Shown here: positions 1-11,420 of the stretch, one piece after another
How positions within the stretch are numbered: the stretch's first letter is position 1
Layout of the letters: each line of letters starts with the position of its first letter
Notes under the pieces: generated by a model
Databases searched by the model: none
The model's input: the letters and a program-made list of their open reading frames with translations, nothing else
Told to the model about the DNA's origin: nothing
Translations under genes and position numbers: made by a program
Assembly (NCBI RefSeq): GCF_001194135.2
Contig: NC_069001.1
Span: forward strand, 16,405,168-16,469,167
Source: Octopus bimaculoides
Lineage: Eukaryota
Direction of reading: 5' to 3'
Length of the DNA stretch: 64,000 nt

Positions 1-286
1 AACCTCCCCACTTTAAATGTCCCTCTCTGTGAAACTCCCCACCTTTCTATCCGACATCATCTCCACCTGTAATTATAAATTTGTCTCTCTATAAACGTCC
101 AGCCTTCATTAAACTTTGATTTCAAATCCTCCACTGTTACTCACCCACCCTTAATTGAACCATTATTTACCCTTAATTCGTCAGGGTGTGTATGATTACA
201 CAGTTTTCTTATGAGACGGTATACACACACACACACACACACACAATGATAAAGTTATACATTGTCTTTCATCATATCAGTTATAT

Positions 287-410
287 TAATGGTTTCAAAT
301 TTTGACACAAAGCAAGCAATTTCGGGGCAGTGGGTAAGTTGATTACAACGATCCCCAGTATTCAACGGGTACTTATTTCGTCGATCTCCAAGAAATTTGA
401 ACTCGGAACG
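287..410 (-). mobile_element. SINE family A, partial copy
   Basis: Reverse complement gives cgttccgagttcaaattt...aaataagtacccgttgaatactgggg...ccccgaaattgcttgctttgtgtcaaaatttgaaacc, matching the plus-strand copies at 17235 and 54088. Confidence 0.7.
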
Positions 411-914
411 AAATAATAATAATAATAATAGAGTATGTTGTGTGTTAGGGTGTATAACTATGCGTAGGTATATATATATATATATATATATACATATATA
501 TTTATACACACACATAGTATATACTCTCGCATACATCTAAATACATGTGTGTTTATAATTGTAGGTATATATGTCTTATATTATACATGTATATATTCGG
601 GTGTGTATGTGTGTATGTATACACACGCTCGTACACAAATTAAATAGTGGACGTAGTGTAGTTGTTTACATGTCCAATGTCTGATCAAAGATGTTGGTAT
701 TTAAAGCCGACCATTTTGAAACTTTGGGTACAATGGTTTAACAAAGTTGTTCAGAAATATCTTAACTCTGTAAACACTTTTAAGTGGGGCTTTTAACTTG
801 GACAATGTAACACACACACATATATAGCAAGAGGCGAATGTATTTGATTCATTCCTTCGTTGATTTCTCTTTTTTTTTTAAACAAATTGATTATAGCCCT
901 AAATAATTACTAGT

Positions 915-915
<1 letters not shown>

Positions 916-989
<74 letters not shown>

Positions 990-1002
990 ATCTATCTATC
1001 TA
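916..1002. repeat. (ATCT)n microsatellite
   Basis: Read directly from sequence. Confidence 0.95.
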
Positions 1003-1844
1003 TATATGCGCGCGGGTTGTATGTATTACACACGTGTTATATAGTTAACTTCATATATAGTGGATGGATATATATATTCGAAATGTACAGTCGGTAAGAC
1101 CCAGATATGCTCAGTGTAAAAAAAAAAAATGTTGTAGAACTCAAATGAATTTGAACTTAAACCCCGAATTCTTCATCCAGGGCAAGGCCCACAGTATCAT
1201 TGCTCTAACGTTATTATATATATATATATTGGGTAGATATATATAATTATCATTATTATATGTGAATGTCCATACACACACGCATCCATCCATCCATCCA
1301 CACTCGAGACGAAATAATATGTGTTGGTTGGTTGTCTACGGTTGGCGTCGTCATCTCTATGAATGTCCCTGGCCATCAAATCTGTCTTTAGCAACCGTTG
1401 GTGGCAGGGACAGACAGACAGACATGTTAGTTCTGCTCACTACATACACACTTTTTGTCACCTCTCTCTGTCTATATATATATGTGTGTGTGTGTATATA
1501 TATATATGACTTGAGAGACGTGTGTGTGGCAATGACAGACATGTTGGTTCCTTTCACATCATTTTCGTCTGCGTATAATATAAATGTATGTATAGAGATA
1601 CAGCGACGGGGTATATGAGATATATGTAGATGTGTTTTATTGGTAGGATATATATATATATAATGTGTGTGTGTGTGCACTGTGTGAAAGAATAAAGTGC
1701 AATTTGTTGATATGTGAATCAGTTCCATTGATGTATGGTGTGTGGTCCTTGTTATTGAATGTGGTGTAATGTGTGTGAAAAAAGCTATGATCGTTAAGAA
1801 TTGTTTCCACTATCGTAATATGTGTCTGTACATATAAAGCTACC

Positions 1845-1846
<2 letters not shown>

Positions 1847-1894
<48 letters not shown>

Positions 1895-2014
1895 GTATGT
1901 ATATATACACACACACACCCTGCTTTGTTCCATTTATGGCTACAGATTTTGGTTGAAGTCTTGAGATCCATGACGCATGTAAGATGACAAACAACTCACA
2001 CAGTATTGTACACA

Positions 2015-2088
<74 letters not shown>
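1847..2088. repeat. Two (TA)n microsatellite tracts (about 1847-1905 and 2018-2088)
   Basis: Read directly; source of the YIYIYI ORFs. Similar tracts at about 8168-8232, 20846-20925 and 44047-44116. Confidence 0.95.
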
Positions 2089-2092
<4 letters not shown>

Positions 2093-2174
2093 TCTTTATG
2101 AAAGCAATATCTAAACCTTATATGTTTGGGTTGCTTTCCTTTCAGAACATTTCTGTCTCGATGTTACGTGCCTG

Positions 2175-2205
<31 letters not shown>

Positions 2206-2539
2206 ATGTGTATATGAAGTGCTGTTATATAATGTGGTGTATATCCACGATTGATACGACCACGTATGTGTGTGTGTGTGTGTGTGTTCGCTGTCTCCCT
2301 CCCCCACACAATGTCTATTAATGGTGGACATATATCTGTTAGCAACGTGTTGTCACTGAAATGACGTGTTGCAAATATTTCCATCTTAAACATTATCATC
2401 GTTATTATTGCTATATTATTATTATCATTATCATCATGGTCGGGTTGCACTTCGGATTTCTTTCCTCGAAAACATCGTCCTCAGTAGTTTACCTGTTGAC
2501 ATTCTCTTGATCTTATGAGGTGTGTGTGTTGACGCTGCT

Positions 2540-2838
2540 GTGGCCGGGTGGTTAAGTATTTTGCTTCGCAATTATGATGTTTCGATTTCATTACCTGGTG
2601 ATGTTCGAGTGTGTGTCTGTTAAGGTAACTTCGGGTTGGTCCCAAACTTGAGAGTGAAATTGGGATCACGTAAAGTGCGGAAGCCCACCGTCTGTAACCT
2701 GTAATTCAACGGGGCAGCTTTATTACGTAAGCTCAAGTGTCTGTGGAATACTAAGTCACTTACACTGGAATTCACTGAATGAGACAGGCAGTTCACGAAA
2801 CAACTAGAAAACTCATCTTCGAAACTAGTGGAAATCCA
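2540..2838 (+). mobile_element. SINE family C, diverged copy
   Basis: tRNA-like head (tggccgggtggttaag), then gtaacctgtaattcaacggggcagc...gtgtctgtggaatactaagtcacttacac...caactagaaaactcatcttcgaaac, aligning to copies at 30140 and 39690. Confidence 0.6.
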
Positions 2839-3666
2839 TTTACTTCGTGTGTGTGTGTAGATATATACACACACGTGTTTACGTATATATATATAGGGTG
2901 CGTGTATGCGAGAAGCAAGGGTGATGAGAACCTAGTTTGTACCCGAGTTACATATGTGAAAGCATGGGTTCGGACCTGTGGCGAGGTAATTGTTTCTGGT
3001 TCAGGATACTTGAGAACGCTTTCGGCTGAGTGCAATGGTTGTAGTAGTCGAGTGGTGCAATATCCAGGGGGAAGATTCGTCTCATCGCCGCTCGTATATT
3101 TGTGATGATCGAGAATTTCAGTCGTGACCATCTCGTCTTAAGTTTGGTTCCTATTTCTTGCTTGCCCGAATGATCACGTAGTCCCACGTTGCTTGTTATG
3201 TATAACCACCGACTAAGTACAAGTCTCACGTGTTCAAACTTGCGGCAGTCTAGTATTTGTGTCATTCTGGGAGCGGGACAAGTCTTAACTACTCTGTTGT
3301 CTCCTGTTGCCAACAGGATGTGCTCAAGAAAAAGAAAGTTGCCAAGTGTTTCTAGGCAAACACTATTCAACGTTACTTTCCCTGCAGGTGTTTAATGCAA
3401 CAGCATCCTGCTGCAAATATCTAGCCAAATCACGGGGAGATACCAGGCGTCAGACATACATAACTCTGTAGGAGTCACCCTGACATAGCCACACACACAC
3501 ACACACACACACATTTTTATGAATATATTAAACAAATTTAAATACATTAAAGATGAATTATCGAGATCTCTGATTTGTAGTGTCTTATTCGTAACCTGGT
3601 GTTGTGTGTGTGTGTACATCTATGCATGCTCACCACACTTCCGTAGTGTGTGTGTGTGTGTGTGTG

Positions 3667-3716
3667 TGTCATCACCATTTAACGTCCGTTGTCCATGCTG
3701 GCATGGGTTGGACGCA
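3667..3716 (-). mobile_element. RTE LINE extreme 3' end (about 50 bp)
   Basis: tcatcaccatttaacgtccgttgtccatgctggcatgggttggacg matches the terminus of the young copies at 48697 and 63653. Confidence 0.75.
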
Positions 3717-3758
3717 TGTGTGTGTGTGTGTGCAGGCATATTTGTGCGTATATATGCA

Positions 3759-3790
<32 letters not shown>

Positions 3791-4425
3791 GGCATACATG
3801 TGTGTAGTTTGTGTATATAGGCATGTGTGTGTACATACATATATATGTATATGCATATGGTTGTGTAGTGTGCATGCATATGTGTGTATGTATGCATGTG
3901 TACACACACACACTCCTATGTAGAGTACAAATCTTTCATGGAAACTCATGCAACATTATCTTATCTCACAATCTGATCCAATCAGTACAAATAACTTACA
4001 ACTTTCAGCTGTCACCTGTGTATGCTTCAAACCATGCAGATCTGTAGCAGGACTGAGTTGTCATCTGAGAGGTCATAGATAGAATGTCAGAAATGCCATT
4101 GATAATGAGGAAACTCAGAGAGAGAGAGAAAGAGAGTAATCATCTGTGAAGATGGAGCTATCACCATATATATACATATAGATATATATATATGAATATT
4201 TTTCAGTTATAGTGAAAATGTTATTGTACTAAGTGAACACAATAAAAGCAGGGGGAAAAAATTAGATTTAGAACAATAATATAATAAGATCTAAATATGT
4301 TGAGATAAATCACAGTTGAACATAAAACCAAGCTGCATACTGGAATATGTATAGTATGTATTAGTGTATGTGTGTACATATAATATATATATATGTGTTT
4401 TTGTGTGTGTATATATATATATATA

Positions 4426-4757
4426 CTGGCACTTGTACCCGCAGCATGTGTAAGGACTTTCGAGCGAGATCGTTGCCAGTGCCCCTGGACTGGCTCTTGT
4501 GCAGGTGGCACATAAAATACACCATTTTGAGCATGGCCGTTGCCAGTACCGCCTGACTGGCCTTCGTGCCGGTGGCACGTAAAAGCACCCACTACACTCT
4601 CTGAGTGGTTGGCGTTAGGAAGGGCATCCAGCTGTAGAAACTCTGCCAAATCAGATTGGAGCCTGGTGTAGCCATCTGGTTTCACCAGTCCTCAGTCAAA
4701 TCGTCCAACCCATGCTAGCATGGAAAGCGGACGTTAAATGACAATGATGATGATGAT
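4426..4757 (+). mobile_element. Young 5'-truncated RTE LINE (3' UTR plus (ATG)n tail)
   Basis: Near-identical to the reverse complement of 48697-49183 and 63653-64000; ends cgtccaacccatgctagcatggaaagcggacgttaaatgacaatgatgatgatgat; CpGs intact. Confidence 0.85.
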
Positions 4758-5759
4758 ATACATATGCATATGTGTGTATACATGTTAGTATGTACACACA
4801 CTTTTATATATAGAATACAACTCTTTCATGGAAACTTATGCAATATTAAAGCAAATTTGGGGAGGCCTTAAACCACCTGATGGAGAAGTCTCAAAGTCTG
4901 TTATCCATTTGTCATTAGCAGTGATGCAAAAATTTGGTATTGTATAAATTGTACTATACAGTGTATACTATAAGTTGTATATGTGATTGCATTTTTATCA
5001 TTTAGTCATTCATGAGAAGGCTAGAGATACATGATGCTTCCTTCGTCAACAAAACAGCCATCTGAATATGTTGCTTTTTTTATATACTGTTACATGACAA
5101 CTGATGATATCTGGAAATAGTTGAAATATCAACAACAAAAATCTGTTCGATTTTCTTTAAGACTGAACAATCTTGATTGAGTCAGTGAAATCATGAACAG
5201 AAATAAACCTTTAGTAACTCTTGGAATAACTATTTCACATCTATACTGAAAATATTTCGTTTGTGCAAAATGTTAAGCAAATGAGCTCAGTAAAAGTGAA
5301 ACAAATCAGGTTCCAAGGAATCTGTTATATAAAGCACAAAGAATCACTTGGTCAGTGGGTCAAGCAAGAAGTCGGTCAAATGTATTTGTGTTCTTAATGT
5401 TTCCGACTGTTTCTCTCTATCACTAGTTTCTGTGGTCACAGATATATTCTTCATTAAATGGCTGCAGTCAAGATGAATAACACTTTGTTGTGCCAGGGAT
5501 CTCTCTCCCCTGTTAAGCTTTGGTAGGTCTTTAGTTTCATGCTGCTAATAACATCAATGTTGTCAAGTGGTCTTTGTCCTCTATCAGGATACAGGATACA
5601 GTCGAGTGGTCTTTATCCTCCATTAGAGCACAGTCAAGTGGTTTTTGTCCTCTATTAAAGTGCAGAGGTTTGACATTCAGTACAATTGTGTAAGCAGTAA
5701 CCAGTTCATATGACTCTCTTTGCAGTTACCCTGATGATGGGATCAAATGTCCATATACT

Positions 5760-6600
5760 CCTATGAATGCCCAACTGCTACAAACACAATCATGTCCAGG
5801 GCTTTATGCTTAAACCAGCATTTTTCAAATTCTTCTTCATATAAGAAGTACTGCAGACTGTTAAAATTCTAGATATGAGTATCTACATCAAATTTCGTCT
5901 TTATGGATAGCAATGGAGACTCTCAAAGAGAGAAGCATTCTGATGAGTTGTTGACAGTTTCTCAGTTATGTCAAAGTTATTTGGCTTCACAATTGACCTT
6001 TGAAAGACTTAAAGTGCTTTTGTAGTCTACCTCCAACGAACATAACACTGAAAACAGCTTCAAGTATCTGAAGAGTCCCATCTACAACAGAAGAGTGCTG
6101 GAAAAAGAAATCCTGTTGAAACATCTGCAACATTGGGACGTTGTCTCTTTCAGAAAACTGTAGGTCTGCAATGTTGTGGCACACTTGTACTTTGTATGAG
6201 ACAGGGACACTGCATCATAGACAAATGGTTTGAGCAGTTTTTACAACTGCTCCCTATAATCCATCTTGTAAATTTGCTGGCAGGGATGTGTCTCTAACCT
6301 TATCATCCAAGACAGGGCCATCTCTACTGTATGAAAGTGATCTTCTAGACTCAATCCATTAATTTGGAGATACCATGTGATCTGTATCAACAAGTCTTAG
6401 GTTGCCATAACAGCTATTCTGCAACAAGTGGGAGCATGACAATCTACCAAGGGTCACTCAAAGAAGGGGTATAAAACCATCATAGAAACTTGAGAGATTA
6501 TAGCTGTTGACTGTTAGAAGAGGTATTATGATGCTTCTGAACAGCAACTTTCAAGGTGAATGGTGGTGGTTGCAACACCTCAAGGCAAGCTATATAGCAC
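5760..6600 (+). mobile_element. Old RTE/BovB-like LINE, decayed RT C-terminal half
   Basis: Frame-jumping translation: SIYIKFRLYG, FSVMSKLFGFTIDL*KT, NSFKYLKSPIYN..LEKEI, CSL*SIL*ICWQGCVSNLIIQDRA, RLP*QLF. These are degenerate forms of RTE motifs GIYIRYRTDG, FGLTISLKKT, FKYLGS, WQDRVSN and RLPKQLF. Confidence 0.7.
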
Positions 6601-6790
6601 AGACATTTGTCTGCTTCCATTCCATTAAGCTGTAGTCAGGGCCCCACTTCTGACTCTATATTTGCATACAAATGTTGACTATATATATATATATGTATGT
6701 ATGTATGTATGTAAATGAGGGAACCGAAGTGGTACCACCATGCTGGAAATAGCAGTTGAAAGTGACTCTAAAAACTATATGCATTCATAT

Positions 6791-6978
6791 AGCACGGGCA
6801 AAAAGATAAATGAACAAAGAAATTAGCAAAAAAATTAATGGTTAACTCCAGAGCGAAAATTTCTGGCTTAGTAATAAAGTACTTTGCCTTCATTAGTGGA
6901 AATACACCAATTTCTTTATACTAATTTCAATATTACAATATACTAATTTCTTTGTTCATTTATCTTTTTACTTGTGCT
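6791..6978. mobile_element. MITE with about 36-bp terminal inverted repeats
   Basis: agcacgggcaaaaagataaatgaacaaagaaattag (6791-6826) vs ctaatttctttgttcatttatctttttacttgtgct (6943-6978); TA-rich flanks. Confidence 0.7.
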
Positions 6979-7374
6979 ATATAGATAAATGATGTGGTTT
7001 TAGAGTCCATTTTGCCTGCTATTTCTGGCATTGTGGTTTTTTCCATGCTGGCTACTTGAAATGATTGTTATGTTAAATGATGGTCTTATCCTCTTATATA
7101 TTTATTTGGTGTGAGTTGTTTAGCTTGTCTATGACTTTTAGATGTTTTAACATCTGGCACTTTGAGGGAGTCATCCCCACCATTCTAATTCGCAGCCTAC
7201 TAGTAAACAAACACAGAGTATACATGGAGTATGTGTGGTTGATAATGTTTACAACACTAGTGCTGCTTCTAATTCATATTTGAATATATATATATAGATA
7301 GATATAGCAGAAGTGCTAAGGCCAGTCCACCTGGTGAAAAGGATTGGCCTACAAGAGTCTAAAGCACTTGAGCA

Positions 7375-7545
7375 GTGTCACATAAAAGCAGCCAGTACAC
7401 TCTGTAAAGTGGTTGGTGTTAGGAAGGGCGTCCAGCTGTGGAAACCATGTAAAATCAGACTGGAGCCTCTCCAGCTTACCAGTTTTAGTTAAACTGTTCA
7501 GCCCATGCCAGCATGGACAACGAACGTTAAATTTATGATGATGAT
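7375..7545 (+). mobile_element. Older RTE LINE 3' end
   Basis: gtggttggtgttaggaagggcgtccagctg...cccatgccagcatggacaacgaacgttaaatttatgatgatgatg. Confidence 0.75.
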
Positions 7546-7546
7546 G

Positions 7547-7580
<34 letters not shown>

Positions 7581-7584
<4 letters not shown>

Positions 7585-7900
7585 TTCCGTCCAGGCATCT
7601 GCTCCATAAGCTTCTATCAGAAGCAATTGTCATTATGCTTTCTGGTTGGATTTCCAAGCATGACCAACTGAGACTATGGATATTACCTAACTATCTCGTT
7701 CTGCTCTTCTGTCTCCTGGCCTGTTGGCTCAACTTGAAGAATCTGTCTTGCAGTTCTTTTCTGCAAGATTCTAATTACATGTCTGTAGTACTGGAGTAGT
7801 GGCTCAACCCATAGGCTCCCTGATCTCTGAGCTATTCACCCGGTCAAGTAATCTTATTCAAGAGAGCCTTTAGAGGAATTGCGATCGTACTGTTTCTGCC
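7581..7900 (-). mobile_element. LINE ORF2 C-terminal remnant (RTE-like)
   Basis: Minus frame SRTR*LGNIHSLSWSCLEIQPESIMTIASDRSLWSRCLD resembles the RPRTRW.D...DR..W C-terminus of RTE-clade ORF2. Confidence 0.6.
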
Positions 7901-7962
7901 ATTACCCAATATTCATGACTTTAGGTGAAGATAGGTATGAAAACCAAATTAAAGGTAGCTCT

Positions 7963-8162
7963 CTTTTATCTTTTATTTGTTTCAGTCATTTAGCTGCAAC
8001 CATACTGGAGCATTGCCCAAATTGACCCCAGAACTTTTTTTTAAAAATCTGGTACTTATTCTATCAGTCTCTTTTGCTGAACTGTTAAGTTATGGTACAT
8101 AAACACAGCAACACTGGTTGTCAAGTAGTGGTGGTAGACAGACACAAAGACACGCATAGATA

Positions 8163-8233
<71 letters not shown>

Positions 8234-8373
8234 CAGGCTTCTTTCAGTTTCCATCTACCAAATCTACTCAAGGCTTTGGTTGGCCCATGGCTATAATAGA
8301 TGACATCTGTCCATGCAGTGGGGTTGAACCCTGAACCATGTGGCTGGGAAGCAAGCTTCTTACCCCACAACCA
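7963..8373 (-). mobile_element. SINE family B (tRNA head plus CORE-like segment)
   Basis: Reverse complement aligns with the full copy at 19644-20038, with a central (TA)n. Confidence 0.8.
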
Positions 8374-8383
8374 CATGTTTGAC

Positions 8384-9400
8384 ATTTTTACTTCCACCTT
8401 AGTGAAGGTGGAGGTGTTTTCAGTCGTGCTTGTTTGCTTGTTTGTCCATGGACATGAAATCTCAAGAACCACTGGATAGATCCGGATGAAACTTTCAGGG
8501 ATGTTTGGCTTCATGACCGGCATGAACTGATAAGATTTTGGGATTGATCCAGTACCAGACAAGGATTCTGGATTATTTGTTATATTTACTTTACATGAAG
8601 TCTTACGATCTTACGTTGACTTTGAAGTCGTTCTCTAATTATCTCCCTTGAAAGCACGCTCATGGTTTCCATGTAAGTTATGGTGGCATTGCTGTTTCCA
8701 AAGTTTTATTTTTGTTGCTCTATTATTAATTTTACTCATGTCTCTATCTTAGTAGAAACTGATGGATAAAGAAATCAAACTACATAAACAAAAGGCAGCA
8801 AAACCGTTCAGAAATTAAATAACACTAACATTCAGTAATAATTAATTTATCCTCAACAATTTTTAGTTTTACCAATTTTGAATTTAAACGCTCCTGTTTA
8901 AAACCTCATACCCACTTGACAATTGCATTTATAGCTTTGCCTTGCAGGAAGTTTTACTTCTTGGACTTATATTTTTGTGTGCAACAATGTTGTTAACCCT
9001 CCGTTAACAGCACTGTATGCAGGTCCTTTCCGTTTTCTTTCACGCACAGATAAATTTTTCTCTATAGACCTTAATGGTCAGAAAGACACTATATCAGTGG
9101 ATAGACTGAAAAAGGCCTTCATAGAGAAAACTGTCTCTGTTCCCACTGCAGATGACACACGTACAGCATTACAAACATGGCCCGCATACCCACCTTCACA
9201 TTCCATGACTACCATTGGGATTGATCAGGTACTGGACAAGGATTCTGGATTATTTTACCATTTTTTTTACTTAATTTTTGAGAGCAGTCTGGTTCATTTT
9301 TAGTATTTTCATTTAAAAAATCATCTATCCAGCTAATTGTTGAGAGGACATTAGTATTGCCATGGCAGAGGTGGGATTAGGCAAGTGATGTAGACACCAG
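8384..9400 (+). mobile_element. Helentron-associated (HINE/DINE-like) non-autonomous element, composite
   Basis: 5' hairpin cttccacctt-agtg-aaggtggagg, GTTT/GCTT short repeats, then a ggatgaaactttcagggatgtttgg...ttttgggattgatcc block. A 39-bp segment occurs twice (8540-8578, 9217-9255). Class assignment is from recalled HINE architecture; right boundary uncertain. Confidence 0.5.
8945..9130 (+). pseudogene. Ty3/Gypsy integrase C-terminal (GPY/F) fragment
   Basis: Open frame SWTYIFVCNNVVNPPLTALYAGPFRFLSRTDKFFSIDLNGQKDTISVDRLKKAF carries the PPL..Y.GPF and VS.DRLK.AF motifs. Confidence 0.8.
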
Positions 9401-9569
9401 ATGAGACCCCAATAAGAGTTAAAAATTGATTAAAACTTTTCACAATTTTTATTCCAATTTACAGAGAAATTGGTAAAATTGAGATGTTTGTATGCCTACC
9501 ACATAAGTTTACTTATATACATTTATGTATGTGTGTGTATATATATGTGCACACATACACACTGAGGTG

Positions 9570-9770
9570 AGCACACAAGTGCAAAACAAGGTGGAAAATA
9601 TAGTACTCAAATATAGTTTATATTAAAGCTGCAAAATTATCACAACTGTTACTCAGTTTCATGTTCTTGTTTGTCAGACAGTTATAATGTGAGTTTTCAT
9701 CACAACTATTCTATGAATGCAAATGTGAAACTCTGAGTAATAGTTCTGTAATAATTTTGCAGCTTTATAT
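9570..9770. repeat. Inverted-repeat element containing two decayed hammerhead-like motifs (Penelope-like terminal repeat remnant)
   Basis: Arms about 9625-9683 and 9704-9766 are reverse-complementary; each contains stem I, core, stem II, GAAA, stem III-TA and stem I' in order (see findings). Confidence 0.55.
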
Positions 9771-10186
9771 ATATAATATCTACATAGAACCCCACCTCCC
9801 CTTAGATCTGTTACTGTTGATACAATGGACCATCCAGGGTTTACTGCTGCAGAATGGAGGGCAACACCAATACATGGATGGTTCTGATTTCATCTGGGAA
9901 AACATGAGATGGAGTACTTTGCTTAAGGATACAATGTATCATCTGGCCTAGAATTTGTGTGCCCATGGCTGAGAAGATTGAAAATAGAGGACATCAGACG
10001 ATTAATAAATTGAGTTGGAACCAATAATAATTTACATATATGAATCAAGTCAAGGGAGGACAGTGACAATGAACAGACAATAATGAGAGAAGGAAAGAAC
10101 ACATTTTACATAACCAGGGAAATCTCTTTTATCACTGCCTGTCTGATTTTATATATATCATACACACATACACGCTCACACACATA

Positions 10187-11410
10187 AAGGGTGTGGACAG
10201 GATTCGTTTGCATGATGGCTGTCTCATGGAAAAATAGTGTTTTTATTTTCTGAGATATATTCATTAAATTTGGGTCAGTTTATCTTCATGACATGTCCTG
10301 TTGATCTCACTCAATGAACCTGCTTTGGCCTTGATGACAGCCTCCAGATGACTTCAGAACTGGCCACAGGCCTTTGTCACTATCTCCTGTTTTAGGCCCT
10401 GGGCCCTGGTAATACTAGCACTCAGCTTATCCTTTGCATTGTAGCTAGATTTGTTGGTTTCTCATTCCATCCTCGCCCCACACAAAAATGTTGGGGGTGG
10501 GGTTTAGTCAGGCAAGTTGGGAGGTCAAATGTCATGTGCTGTGTGATTGAAGAAATTCTCTGACAGCCAAACCTGGGTCTTTCAGCCGGTGTGGCAGGGC
10601 ACAGAATCTTGTTGCCACATGTACAACCTCTTTGCAGCTACCTGATCAATCCAGGGCTTCACCACCTCACTCAGAACATAGATGTAGCCGTCCAGCCTGA
10701 GGCTCTCAGGCAAGAAGTGGGGTGGCATGACATCACTTTCACTGCTGATGACACCGAAGACCATGATTGTCGCTGGAACTTTCATCTGTATGACTCTGGG
10801 TATGTCCTTCAGTGAGACAGTGAGCCACCTGTTGTTATGAGGATTGATCTTTTGGTTTTGGGTGAAATTCTTCTCATCAGAGAAGAATATCCATATGTCT
10901 GGTTCCTGCAGATGAGTTGCTTTTGCTACATTGCCTTGGACTGAAATTGTCCCTTCCTTACCTTGTATAAAAAGTAGACCAGTCTGATGAGCTTTCCATC
11001 CACACCTTTCTCCCATGCAATGACATGCATCAACTAGCTGGGATCATTGTTGATGATCTGGATTTCAGTGACAAATTCCAGCAATCTGATGGCATCAGAT
11101 CATTGACCATGGGTTTTTCTCTCTGCTGTTGTTTTGTAGTCAAACCTTAAATCTTCCAGCTCCTTTCTGACCTTTCCCACTATCATTCTGCTGACATTTA
11201 GGAGGTCTGAAATCTTGTTTTTCCTTCTGGTGTGGATTCCAAAGGGGACTTCATGCCTCTTCCACAAATTGGAAGGTTCACAATTTTCCATAGTCTATTA
11301 TTCTGCAAAAAAATAACTCGAAATGGTTATTGTTTTTAAGAAGGAAAAGATTTTATGAAGCTTATCAAATAAGCAGTTGAAAATTGCGAATGAATGCTGT
11401 CTGCACCCTG
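10187..11410 (-). mobile_element. Full-length decayed Tc1/mariner DD37D (maT-like) transposon
   Basis: ORF 10582-11016: FFSDEKNF, IMVFGVISSESDVMPPHF, WQQDSVPCHT, continuing *PPNLPD; 37 residues separate D2 from the degenerate D3 position. Degenerate TIRs aagggtgtggacaggattcgtttgca and (rc) cagggtgcagacagcattcattcgca, each flanked by TA. Confidence 0.85.
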
Positions 11411-11420
11411 TATATATACA

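Noticed and set aside
2620-2874. Minus ORF KWISTSFEDEF... in CpG-rich DNA
   Set aside because: Antisense reading of a SINE C copy.
255-3949. Many ORFs rich in YI, HT or CV dipeptides (also at about 20.5-21 kb, 44 kb and 63.5 kb)
   Set aside because: They are translations of (TA)n, (CA)n and (TG)n microsatellites.
4221-4685. 154-aa ORF and its near-identical counterparts at 48766-49225 and 63809-64000
   Set aside because: They lie in the RTE 3' UTR, mostly antisense; similarity reflects young repeat copies, not a gene family.
4675-4700. CTGAGGA-CTGGT-GAAA in the young RTE UTR (also about 48760 and 63720), hammerhead-like spacing
   Set aside because: No stem II pairing, no NUH triplet or stem I partner, and antisense to the LINE.
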